A stretch of DNA of 30,049 nucleotides from a virus (taxonomy: Duplodnaviria; Caudoviricetes), in IMG/VR virus record IMGVR_UViG_3300044591_001448, positions 1 through 30,049 of that record, one strand, 5' to 3'. Shown in pieces: positions 1 through 8,137 of this stretch. The notes beneath the pieces were generated by a model, which saw only the letters and a program-made list of their open reading frames with translations, did no database searches and was not told the origin of the DNA. The position numbers and the translations under genes are program-made. Numbering within the stretch: the first letter of the stretch is position 1; every line of letters begins with the position of its first letter.

Positions 1-1
1 T

Positions 2-1924
2 TACAACATTAATACAGGTAGTGTCATCACTGAATTAGAGCAAGCAATTAACGACGCTATCGGTACAAAAGCAGAAGTTGATGTTAAAAAGTTTGCAGCG
101 TTAAATCAAACAATTTTAAAAGACACGATTGCAGAGATTAAAAAGGTACAGTCCAGACAGCAAGCCCTTGATTTCTATAAAGGGTTTGACGGTTTCAGTG
201 AGGTTTTCAATTTGAACCAGACATTGGCAGACTCCATCCTGGGTGACAGTGGAGTTGGCGGGGTCCTCTCCCTAACCTCTGGTGGCAAGGCAGAAGAAGA
301 CCTCCTGGGCGCCCTTGGGAATGTGACCGGGATGCGCGATAACGTGGGTTACAACTGGCAGCAATGGTTTGATACTGCAATCAAACAAAAGTACGGAATT
401 GACTACAGTTTGTTTGAACCCCTGGAAGAAAAAAAGGATATTATCAGTGCATTTACAAGTGATGCAACGACCGCAAAAGTATTTGACCCAACTACAAATA
501 AATTCACAGAGGATTTCCTGAAGCGTGCTGGATTCACAACAACAGAACAACTAGTTGATTTCCTTGGAAAGCAAGGAACAGAAGGGCAGACAATCTTAAA
601 CACAATCAAGGGTGATCCTGGTAGCACAGCAAAAACAACTCTTACACCTATCCAATCAAGGCTAGAAGCTGATATTAAAACGTTAGACGAACAAAAAAAT
701 AGAAGCCTTGCACTTGCTTATTCAACAAGCGAGAAAACGCAAATGATGAATGTTGAGGCTGAATTTGCGCGTAGTTATATTGACGAATATTTGCTACCCC
801 GCTTCAACACATCACGATCCATGGATGAGTTCATGGAATATCTTGATGTTAGACAGCAAGAGCAGAACCCATTCCAAACGCAAGATTCATATGATGCGCT
901 AAAAACGCTTGGTGACTTGTATACCAAAAAATATCTGGATGATGTTAAGAGTACTGGTGCCAGATCTTTTGACCCTACTTTTTACTTTGATCCAGTTACA
1001 GACAGTTACAACAAGACCAATTACGAAAAACAAAAAACAACCGTTGCAGAAGATTGGGCAAAAGCAAAAGCTGGAGACCCTTATTGGGCGCAGCAAATTT
1101 ATCGTTTTGGTATTGATGTAAACAATAAAGCGGCGTTTGCCCGCATGCATTTTGAGGTAAAGGGTCAGGGATTAGGGTTTGACCCAGCGGAAGATATTGT
1201 CAACGCAGGCAAGGTTAAGGATTACATTTATGGCACTGTGCTGCCAGTGATGAAAGAAGAAGCATTAAAAGGAGATCCCGTTTTTGGTCAATTTATTACA
1301 CCAGAAGAATTTGCAGATGAGATGTTGCAAGGTTTAGATCCAACAAAAACACCTGAGGCATGGGAAGAGGTGTTGAATCGTTATGGATTAAAAGATTTTG
1401 CAGGCGACAAGGAAGAATTAAGGCAATACATTATTGATGCACTTCGCACAGGATCGGCACAAACAATCAGGGAGAACATTAAATTCCTAAACGAAAAACG
1501 CGAAAAGCCAACGCAAGAAATTTTGGGCGTCACTTATATTGAACGTCCTGAAGACTTTGACACAGGAGCCGTCAAGCCAACAACACAGCTATACGCAGTG
1601 TTTAAAAATGCTGGATATCAAGGCACAGAAGATGAGTTTTATGAAAAGTTTTTCCCTGACCTTGATCGAAGTGAGCAAGTGCTCCTTACAAAATCAGGAT
1701 CAAATGAAGCGCTTAAGTTTGAAGGAATTGACTTAAGCGATCCGTTTGCTTCTCTTACTTCGATTGGAAACTTATTTCCAGATGACAAGGAGAAAACGGA
1801 TGATGAATCCAAGGATCGTGAAACTAATTATTTTACAATGGGTGATGACGAGGAAGACGAGGACACTTATGGGGGTGCTCAATCTTTCCTGGGAGAGTTT
1901 ACTTCACTGTTTAAAGGCCTCTAA
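2..1924 (+). CDS. Large phage protein, 5'-truncated (probable virion/internal structural protein)
   Basis: The frame of ORF 212..1924 stays open back to position 2 (YNINTGSVITELEQAIND...), so the true start lies outside the window. It has an acidic C-terminus and no recognisable enzyme motif. Structural role is inferred from size and context. Confidence 0.6.
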   Translation, partial: YNINTGSVITELEQAINDAIGTKAEVDVKKFAALNQTILKDTIAEIKKVQSRQQALDFYKGFDGFSEVFNLNQTLADSILGDSGVGGVLSLTSGGKAEEDLLGALGNVTGMRDNVGYNWQQWFDTAIKQKYGIDYSLFEPLEEKKDIISAFTSDATTAKVFDPTTNKFTEDFLKRAGFTTTEQLVDFLGKQGTEGQTILNTIKGDPGSTAKTTLTPIQSRLEADIKTLDEQKNRSLALAYSTSEKTQMMNVEAEFARSYIDEYLLPRFNTSRSMDEFMEYLDVRQQEQNPFQTQDSYDALKTLGDLYTKKYLDDVKSTGARSFDPTFYFDPVTDSYNKTNYEKQKTTVAEDWAKAKAGDPYWAQQIYRFGIDVNNKAAFARMHFEVKGQGLGFDPAEDIVNAGKVKDYIYGTVLPVMKEEALKGDPVFGQFITPEEFADEMLQGLDPTKTPEAWEEVLNRYGLKDFAGDKEELRQYIIDALRTGSAQTIRENIKFLNEKREKPTQEILGVTYIERPEDFDTGAVKPTTQLYAVFKNAGYQGTEDEFYEKFFPDLDRSEQVLLTKSGSNEALKFEGIDLSDPFASLTSIGNLFPDDKEKTDDESKDRETNYFTMGDDEEDEDTYGGAQSFLGEFTSLFKGL

Positions 1925-2223
1925 TGTCTGATAAAAGGAAAAAAGCTGCGTCTGCGGCAAAGCTTGCAAAAGACAAGATGGCTTGTAACAAACCCAGGCG
2001 CACCCCTGGGCACCCAACAAAATCACATGTGGTCAAAGCATGTAAGGGTGGGGAGGAAAAGATTGTTCGATTTGGACAGCAGGGGGTTGAGGGCGCTGGT
2101 AAAAATCCCCAATCCGCCAAGGACAAGGCACGAAAGAAATCATATTACGCCAGGCATAATGCCCAAGATCCAAATCCTGACATCATGTCTGCACGCTTTT
2201 GGAGCCACCGTGTGAAGTGGTAA
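1924..2223 (+). CDS. Conserved small basic phage protein
   Basis: 99 aa, K/R-rich, with a KSHVVKA..KIVRFGQQG..RKKSYYARH..SARFWS..KW pattern common in phage hypotheticals. ATG overlaps the upstream TAA. Confidence 0.75.
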   Translation: MSDKRKKAASAAKLAKDKMACNKPRRTPGHPTKSHVVKACKGGEEKIVRFGQQGVEGAGKNPQSAKDKARKKSYYARHNAQDPNPDIMSARFWSHRVKW

Positions 2224-2263
2224 ACAGCGTTAAGTGGTATACTATTTGGGTTGCTTAAATTTA

Positions 2264-2689
2264 ATGGCCAACGCTAATAGCCGTTTTGTTGATGTGTTTT
2301 GTGAAACCTGTGCATGCGCTGGAAGCATTCGCATTGATCAGTACACAAGAAGAAAGGGTCTTTGGAAGTGCCGTTCATGCAACAAAAAAAGCCAAGTTCC
2401 GAAAAACAAAGGCACAGGCGTAAAAAATGACCCGGCCATGCTAAGAACCCGTTCAAGTTATTACAAGGCTCGTTATCGATGTAAAACGGGCCACCGTGGA
2501 TATTATGTGAACGTTGAATTTAGATTTAACTCTTTACAGCAATTAGTTGATGATATAGGGACGAGGCCTATAGGAATGAGTTTAGATCGTATTGATAATC
2601 TTGGACATTACGAACCAGGAAATGTTCGTTGGGCAACCCATCAAGAACAATGTAACAATAGACGCCCACGGGGCTCGGTTTCCCTGTAA
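2264..2689 (+). CDS. HNH homing endonuclease with N-terminal CxxC..CxxC zinc ribbon
   Basis: HNH motif SLDRIDNLGHYEPGNVRWATHQEQCNN, plus CETC and CRSC. ATG 2264 preferred over GTG 2234. TATACT at 2238-2243. Confidence 0.85.
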   Translation: MANANSRFVDVFCETCACAGSIRIDQYTRRKGLWKCRSCNKKSQVPKNKGTGVKNDPAMLRTRSSYYKARYRCKTGHRGYYVNVEFRFNSLQQLVDDIGTRPIGMSLDRIDNLGHYEPGNVRWATHQEQCNNRRPRGSVSL

Positions 2690-2715
2690 AGTGGTGACGC
2701 CAACCACTTCCAACC

Positions 2716-2838
2716 ATGGCAAAACCCAAGTCAACCATCAATAAAATTGAATCCAAACCCAAGAAAACACGTCAAGGCCAGGGTTTAAATTCAAAGCCCA
2801 ATCATGGCCGTAAAAAAACAAGGGGTCAAGGACGTTAA
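2716..2838 (+). CDS. Small basic phage peptide (40 aa, RGQGR C-terminus)
   Basis: Read by hand, below the ORF-track cutoff: MAKPKSTINKIESKPKKTRQGQGLNSKPNHGRKKTRGQGR. It resembles the KKTRQG...RGQGR peptides of cyanophages. Confidence 0.7.
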   Translation: MAKPKSTINKIESKPKKTRQGQGLNSKPNHGRKKTRGQGR

Positions 2839-2862
2839 CAAAATATTTTTAAGGTGTGTAGT

Positions 2863-2887
2863 ATGGGAGTACTTGATGTACTCCCAT
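2863..2887 (+). promoter_or_regulatory. Stem-loop overlapping the lysozyme start codon
   Basis: ATGGGAGTAC (2863-2872), loop TTGAT, GTACTCCCAT (2878-2887): a perfect 10-bp inverted repeat containing GGGAG and the AT of ATG 2886. Confidence 0.6.
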
Positions 2888-3539
2888 GTCAGATTTGCGA
2901 GAAGCGGTTGCTCTTATTCGTAAATACGAAGGCTTTAATGAGAAAGCTTTCCTTTCTGACGAGGAAGGACGTTACACCATTGGCTATGGGACTCAGTTTT
3001 ACCCAGATGGTTCTCCGGTAAAACAAGGTCAATGGTGCACCAAAGAAAAAGCACTTGAGTACTTGAGTTGTGAAGTAAAAGCAATCAAGAATTTACTGAA
3101 GGATTTAAACTTACATTTAAACGAGCCTTCTGAGCAGGCTTTAATTTCTTTTGTCCATTCAATTGGATGGAAACCTTTTCTCTATAGCAATGTCATTGAC
3201 TGCTTAAATGATGAGGACTGGGCTGGCGTTGCAGAAGAAATCTCGCACTGGATCTTTGATGAAAACCATCGAGTTATTGGTGGTTTGATCGATAGGCGCA
3301 GGGAGGAGGTTGAACTGTTCTTGCGTGAGATTGATGCAAATCCCTGGGTATCCACAGAGGTACTGCTTAAGGCGTTTCGAAACTATAGTGCTGCACCACA
3401 TCAAGTTAGGGCCATCAGAGAGCTTGAAGAAAAAATCAATCCTTACGCCCTTGCAGAGTTTGCAAATTCGTTTAAGGTAGACGAAGATCCCTGGGGGTTG
3501 GTTGACGATCAAGGACTTGAAACTTTATTCGCCAGCTAG
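2886..3539 (+). CDS. Phage lysozyme (GH24-like) with extra C-terminal module
   Basis: LIRKYEG..D..YTIGYG (E15/D25/T31 pattern) and GLIDRRREEVELF, followed by about 70 extra C-terminal residues. Confidence 0.85.
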   Translation: MSDLREAVALIRKYEGFNEKAFLSDEEGRYTIGYGTQFYPDGSPVKQGQWCTKEKALEYLSCEVKAIKNLLKDLNLHLNEPSEQALISFVHSIGWKPFLYSNVIDCLNDEDWAGVAEEISHWIFDENHRVIGGLIDRRREEVELFLREIDANPWVSTEVLLKAFRNYSAAPHQVRAIRELEEKINPYALAEFANSFKVDEDPWGLVDDQGLETLFAS

Positions 3540-3563
3540 CCTTAAAATAGTTTCATCAAGACC

Positions 3564-3869
3564 ATGAAAAACGCAATGGAAAGATCAGTAGAGCCCAGGG
3601 AATTTGAACTGCCCTTGGAACTTCAGTTTTCCATGCGGAAGGCTGAGATGGTGGCCAAGGAAATGACCTGGGATGAACTCTATGTCACCCTGTTGAACCT
3701 ATACCATCAACGCCTGATGGAGTGGCAAGCGGTCAAAGAGATCCTTTCCGACGAAAACATTCAGCTTGATTTTGACGTACCCACAGATATTGAACTGGAA
3801 GAACTCGCCGCCGCCTGTTCTTACTTTGACGACGGCGACGAGGATGAAGATGAGCTTCAGCCGTTCTGA
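3564..3869 (+). CDS. nblA: NblA-like phycobilisome degradation protein with acidic tail
   Basis: ELPLELQFSMRKAEMVAKEMTWDELYVTLLNLYHQRL fits the NblA pattern LSLEQQF..R......MS.EQ...L..LY.Q. Confidence 0.65.
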   Translation: MKNAMERSVEPREFELPLELQFSMRKAEMVAKEMTWDELYVTLLNLYHQRLMEWQAVKEILSDENIQLDFDVPTDIELEELAAACSYFDDGDEDEDELQPF

Positions 3870-4228
3870 GCTTCATCAAATTGAATAAGGCGGTCTAAGT
3901 ACCACTGCGCTTTTTTCAGTGACTTAGTGCCGCCCTTCATGCGTTCGCGCCAGCTATATTTCATCAAGTTACCTTTACAGTAACCACGGAACTCTTCTGG
4001 AGTTAAAGAAGCTTCGATTGCTTCGATGCACTCAATGCCGCCATCATTGTAATGAGGGGGGTGATTGACCTCATCCGACTGGACAACAGGAGGTTCTTCA
4101 ATAGTGTTCTCGCCAGGAAAGTTGGAATCCCGGTCCTTACTCAAAAATTCAGAGCTGGCAAGAGCTTCGACACCCTTAGCCCAAGGTACGGGGCATACAC
4201 CACCTGGGCAATCACTCAGCTCGTTCAC
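3857..4228 (-). CDS. DUF3310 (T7 gp1.7/SaV-like) protein
   Basis: DEVNHPPHY..GGIECIEAI...GYCKGN.MKY.WR..KGG..SLKKAQWYL. Start chosen at GTG 4228 because it forms a GTGA overlap with the upstream stop; the ORF track extends it to 4423. Confidence 0.85.
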   Translation of the reverse strand: MNELSDCPGGVCPVPWAKGVEALASSEFLSKDRDSNFPGENTIEEPPVVQSDEVNHPPHYNDGGIECIEAIEASLTPEEFRGYCKGNLMKYSWRERMKGGTKSLKKAQWYLDRLIQFDEAQNG

Positions 4229-4572
4229 CGGGTCAAACCACGTCGTTTTGCGGACAGAGCCTTCTCCTTCTCTGGAACCATCTCCAGCTCCAGTACCAAG
4301 CCTTTGGGCTTGGGTGCTGCTCCCATCTCCAGACCTTCCTCCATCGAAGGGATATAGCCCGTTAGTCCCGGACGACGCCCTTCCGCCAAAGATAGGTTCT
4401 GCCTCTCGTTTCCTTGTTGACATGCCGCTAGTCCACGGTTGTACATGTCATATAAGGGTACATCATTTTCTTCGTTTGCGAGCGGCTGCCCAAAGTCTTC
4501 TTCGCTTAAGCAGCGACACTTCACTTCGTCTTGGACAAACGCATCCAGGAACGATGCTGCGTTATGCATCAT
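4225..4572 (-). CDS. Hypothetical phage protein
   Basis: 115-aa ORF in a tight arrangement, divergent from the gene at 4609. Confidence 0.65.
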   Translation of the reverse strand: MMHNAASFLDAFVQDEVKCRCLSEEDFGQPLANEENDVPLYDMYNRGLAACQQGNERQNLSLAEGRRPGLTGYIPSMEEGLEMGAAPKPKGLVLELEMVPEKEKALSAKRRGLTR

Positions 4573-4608
4573 ATTAAGAATTTGAATTACTCCTTTTACA
4601 ATAATACT

Positions 4609-4989
4609 ATGGCAAGATTCTTTGATCCCACATACGATCCACGGCAGGATTCTGGTAGTTCCGGATCGGAAATCAGTGATCTTGTTCCGGAACGGAATTA
4701 CGATACAGACCTACGTCGAATTCCTCAAGATGAACGAACAACAGTAGAACCAATAAACGAAAAACAAGAGGGAATTAAAAAGTTCTTTAGCGCAGCAAAA
4801 GCGGCAAATAAATTCCGCCAGAAAGCTTCCATTGATGAGCCAACCCTCCGTGGTGAAACCCCCAGGTCAGAAGCCACCATAGGTGGTGTTGAAGTTCCAA
4901 GTCTGGGGGACGAGTACGGCACAGTGGGAAGCGTGGGTTACGCCAAAAAGCCCCGGCCACAGTCAGGTACTTTTTACGGTTTTAGCTAA
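4609..4989 (+). CDS. Hypothetical phage protein
   Basis: ATG 4609 (MARFFDPTYDPR) lies 6 nt after TACAAT. Part of ORF-track 4531..4989. Confidence 0.7.
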   Translation: MARFFDPTYDPRQDSGSSGSEISDLVPERNYDTDLRRIPQDERTTVEPINEKQEGIKKFFSAAKAANKFRQKASIDEPTLRGETPRSEATIGGVEVPSLGDEYGTVGSVGYAKKPRPQSGTFYGFS

Positions 4990-5198
4990 CTCCAGTTGTT
5001 GCTGAAGTCTTCTAAATCCAAAGCGTCTTGCATCTGCCCCAGAGAATCCTGGAGCGTATTCAAAACCCATTGGACGTTACCTGTTTTAAAAGGAGCAAGC
5101 TTGCCTGCCAGCTCCGCATTACTTAAAAAGATAACCTGGTTTTCAAGGATCTCAAGGATATCGATCCTTTGCTCTAAGTCACTGGAATCCATGCTCAA
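4986..5198 (-). CDS. Hypothetical protein
   Basis: 70-aa helical-looking ORF whose ATG overlaps the dcd stop. Confidence 0.6.
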   Translation of the reverse strand: MSMDSSDLEQRIDILEILENQVIFLSNAELAGKLAPFKTGNVQWVLNTLQDSLGQMQDALDLEDFSNNWS

Positions 5199-5782
5199 GC
5201 CTTAGAGTAAACAACTTCTTGTGCCTGGTTCTGGTACTTACCTTTCCGGTCCTGGTAAGAAACTTCACAAGGAGTTCCGCGAAGGAACAGAAGTTGGATG
5301 ATCCCTTCGTTTGCGTAGATACGATTGAATTGCCCCGTGGCATTGCTGATCTCAAGGGTCAGGTAGCCCTCCCAACCGGCCTCTGCGGGCGTGATGTTAG
5401 CAATGATGCCCGAGCGTGCGTAACTGCTCTTGCCCATGGCAATTACCGTCACATCCTGGGGAAGCTTCAGGCGCTCTTCTGCAACTGCCAAGCAATAGCC
5501 GTAGGGAGGCAGAAGGAAGTATTGGCCTTTCTCGTCTTCCAGGAGAGCTGAATCAGAAAGGATCTTAGGATTGAAGTCCTTTGGATCTGATACACCTTCT
5601 TGAATGCGTCCAAAGATGAGACACTGTTTAGGGGACAGGCGGATGTCGTACCCGTAAGAACTCAAACCGTAACTCAGAACACGTCGCCCACTTTCTTCGT
5701 TGATTAACCGATCTGTAAACGGTTCAATCATCCCCTGTTCAAGGGCAAATTTCTTGATTTCGCTGTCGCAAAGGATTCCCAT
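5195..5782 (-). CDS. dcd: dCTP deaminase
   Basis: Motifs SYGLSSYGYDIRL, GKSSYARSG, TPAEAGWEGYLTLE and SYQDRKGKYQNQ; cyanobacterial-type dcd. Confidence 0.95.
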   Translation of the reverse strand: MGILCDSEIKKFALEQGMIEPFTDRLINEESGRRVLSYGLSSYGYDIRLSPKQCLIFGRIQEGVSDPKDFNPKILSDSALLEDEKGQYFLLPPYGYCLAVAEERLKLPQDVTVIAMGKSSYARSGIIANITPAEAGWEGYLTLEISNATGQFNRIYANEGIIQLLFLRGTPCEVSYQDRKGKYQNQAQEVVYSKA

Positions 5783-5815
5783 AAAGCCCTTTAATCGTCT
5801 TTAACTATACCCAAT

Positions 5816-6403
5816 TCAGTAGATAACGCGGCCAAATTGCTCGTAAACATCGATAAATTTTTGCGTTGCCTCAGACGAGTTCAATTTGGGTTGCAAATGA
5901 ACCACAAAAGAAGTACAGGTTTTATGCTCACCGATTCCCTCGCTAGTGTTCTTGATCAAACGTGGTACCGTCTTCAAGAAGCAGATGGGAAAATCAAATA
6001 TCTTCTGTTCATAACGAATCATGTCAGGGCAGTTGCTGAAGTAGATGGCTTGCTCAACCTCATCGGCGTACCATTTCTTGAATAGAGTCCTAAACCAAAC
6101 AGCATGAGATGAAACCAAGGTTGGGGATGAGGCCCTGGTCATCTTCCACCTGTCAAGTTTCTTATCAAAGAAATAACAACCACTGGGTGGAAACAAATAC
6201 ACCTTCCCAAACCACTGCTGGGCATTAAGGCCGTCTTGTTGCGGACCAAAGAACTGATCCGCTTGCACAAACTGCTGTGCCACTTTGGAACTGGCGGGAT
6301 CAAGGTCGATGTTCCCCATAACCATGTTGGCGGCTTGTATTAACTCCGTGGGGGTGATCAACTCAAGATCTTCCTTTCTGCCCGTAACCCGCCTAATCGT
6401 CAC
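5816..6403 (-). CDS. Phage DNA N6-adenine methyltransferase-like protein with atypical motif IV
   Basis: TP..LI.A..VMGNIDLDPASS and DGL..QWFGKVYLFPPS match the phage Dam-like layout, where the canonical motif is (F/W)xNPPY. Confidence 0.7.
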   Translation of the reverse strand: MTIRRVTGRKEDLELITPTELIQAANMVMGNIDLDPASSKVAQQFVQADQFFGPQQDGLNAQQWFGKVYLFPPSGCYFFDKKLDRWKMTRASSPTLVSSHAVWFRTLFKKWYADEVEQAIYFSNCPDMIRYEQKIFDFPICFLKTVPRLIKNTSEGIGEHKTCTSFVVHLQPKLNSSEATQKFIDVYEQFGRVIY

Positions 6404-6789
6404 TTCTTGTCCACCATTTGGTTGTAATCAATCTCAAAATAACGCACGCCTTCATCATCATTAATGACGTAACCCGCCTTTTCTTCAGGGTCAATTTTTT
6501 GAGCGGCCTCTAAAATGCGCCTAAAGCTTTCCGCAAGATCACCTTTATTGTCTCGTTCGCATTCCTCTTGAGCAGAGTGAATTTCTTTTAACGTCCAGTA
6601 AAACATGGAGCGCTCTTTACTCTGGGGTTGAAATACCATGACCCCTGGACCATCAACTTGCCAAAATTGATAGTACATTGATCCCATATCGCCAAGAATG
6701 AAATCAATGGTTTGATTTAGCATCTTGCCTTTGGTTTCATTCATGTCACCCTGAAGGGTTGCATGAATCAGTTTTTCTCTCCGGTTCAT
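6400..6789 (-). CDS. Hypothetical phage protein
   Basis: 129-aa ORF in a leftward operon with overlapping start/stop codons. Confidence 0.75.
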   Translation of the reverse strand: MNRREKLIHATLQGDMNETKGKMLNQTIDFILGDMGSMYYQFWQVDGPGVMVFQPQSKERSMFYWTLKEIHSAQEECERDNKGDLAESFRRILEAAQKIDPEEKAGYVINDDEGVRYFEIDYNQMVDKK

Positions 6790-7246
6790 TTGAAACCAAT
6801 CCCTGTCGAAGTAATGATTCTTTTAGCTTAGGCAATGGCTGGTAGATAACGACCAGTTTTCCAAGGTTCCCTCTCTTTTTGACAAGCTTTCCTTTTTCGT
6901 CCCGTAGCTTATCAAACTCTCCGGAGCGAATCAAATACTCAGCAACGCACCGTAATCTCCGCTTGAGAGGCAACTCTGCTTGCGGAAATTTACCACAGAT
7001 TGTATCTGGGTGCATATCAACAAAAGCCAAGCGAAGCCGGTTGGCTAATGTCATGCCGGAATTGGCGTCCTCCTCTTCATACTCTTTAACGTTTTCTAGA
7101 TATCGACGCAGGCATAAATCATCGAACGATCCCTCAGGAGGGAGGAAGTCCTGGACCTGATTAAACAAAGATTCGGGCAGCAGATCCTGACAGTTTTTGA
7201 CCGTGAGTTCCTGTAGGTCTAAGTCATGGAAACGATTTAACATCAT
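6746..7246 (-). CDS. Hypothetical phage protein
   Basis: 166-aa ORF with an ATGA overlap to the upstream HTH gene. Confidence 0.75.
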   Translation of the reverse strand: MMLNRFHDLDLQELTVKNCQDLLPESLFNQVQDFLPPEGSFDDLCLRRYLENVKEYEEEDANSGMTLANRLRLAFVDMHPDTICGKFPQAELPLKRRLRCVAEYLIRSGEFDKLRDEKGKLVKKRGNLGKLVVIYQPLPKLKESLLRQGLVSNEPERKTDSCNPSG

Positions 7247-7656
7247 TCAAGTTTCTCTTGGGTACTTTGGTACTTCCTGCCATAGAAGTCAGACAGATCA
7301 ATGTCTTTGTTTTTTGAAAAGGACATGATCAAGTGATTCCAAGGAACACGAATTACCGCTTTCTTGGATGGATCAGGAGAAACGTTGACGTAATGCAGTC
7401 CTTCCGTCCAGCCTTTCTCAGGTTTTTTCTTGCCAATAGCAATCCAATTTCGAATGGTCTGATCTGATATCCCAAGCCGACGAGCACATTCTTCTGTAGA
7501 AATGTACTCATCAGCAAAAGCCTGAGGATTTAACTGGTCAGTTTCCTGGGTTTGATACCGACTGTGCCACATGGACGCCAAGATGTTTCGCACACCTTTT
7601 AGTTCATGGGCGATATCCTCCAATCCCTTTCGAATCCCGTAACTCATACTCGACAT
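7243..7656 (-). CDS. Helix-turn-helix DNA-binding protein (excisionase/MerR-like)
   Basis: HTH signature YISTEECARRLGISDQTIRNWI, then W.EG.HY. Start at ATG 7656 or 7647. Confidence 0.8.
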   Translation of the reverse strand: MSSMSYGIRKGLEDIAHELKGVRNILASMWHSRYQTQETDQLNPQAFADEYISTEECARRLGISDQTIRNWIAIGKKKPEKGWTEGLHYVNVSPDPSKKAVIRVPWNHLIMSFSKNKDIDLSDFYGRKYQSTQEKLE

Positions 7657-7700
7657 GTTTTGATTAAATGCTAAGGTATAAAAAAGCATTCTGCTATCCA

Positions 7701-8084
7701 ATGGAAGATCAAGTAACCCCTTCCAATCCGCCCCGTTCTCCGGAACAAAATTTCAACGTTCCCTTGCCAAGGACTATCACACCTGAGTTACTGGAAGCAC
7801 TCAAGGCCCAGGCACGAGAAAATGCAATCAAACAGGCACTGGAAGAAAGTAGTGCAGCAGCCCGGTCTCCCATGCCACAACAAAGCATGGTTTTCCCTCC
7901 ATTGCAAGGCAGAAACGTCCCAGAATTTGTGGAGCCACCACAGTTTGTTTATGTGAGGCGCAACCTGACAGTGGCTGAATTGATTGTGGTTTTTGCTCTT
8001 TCCTGTGGCCTTGTTTTAGGCATTCAAGGAGCCTGGCACCTCGGTTCTCGTTTGCTGCCAAGTATTGAAATTAAGGTCAAATAA
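7701..8084 (+). CDS. Hypothetical protein with C-terminal transmembrane helix
   Basis: ATG 7701 (MEDQVTP), Pro-rich N-terminus, hydrophobic segment LIVVFALSCGLVLGIQGAW. Confidence 0.7.
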   Translation: MEDQVTPSNPPRSPEQNFNVPLPRTITPELLEALKAQARENAIKQALEESSAAARSPMPQQSMVFPPLQGRNVPEFVEPPQFVYVRRNLTVAELIVVFALSCGLVLGIQGAWHLGSRLLPSIEIKVK

Positions 8085-8137
8085 AATAAGCACATCTCGC
8101 CTATAATTTAATTTATAGGTTTATGTGTTTTAAATAG

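Noticed and set aside
4229-4423. 199-nt same-strand overlap between the DUF3310 ORF and 4225..4572 as overprinting
   Set aside because: A GTG at 4228 overlapping the upstream TGA explains the layout, and the extension is low-complexity. Not fully excluded.
5195-6403. DNA hypermodification system (dcd, MTase, GTs, SpeD)
   Set aside because: No hydroxymethylase, thymidylate synthase homologue, TET/JBP or base kinase is in the window, and the GTs sit with fibre and sugar genes. It could still be encoded elsewhere.
7243-7656. Excisionase-like HTH as a sign of a prophage boundary
   Set aside because: No integrase, att-like repeat, tRNA or host housekeeping region is visible.
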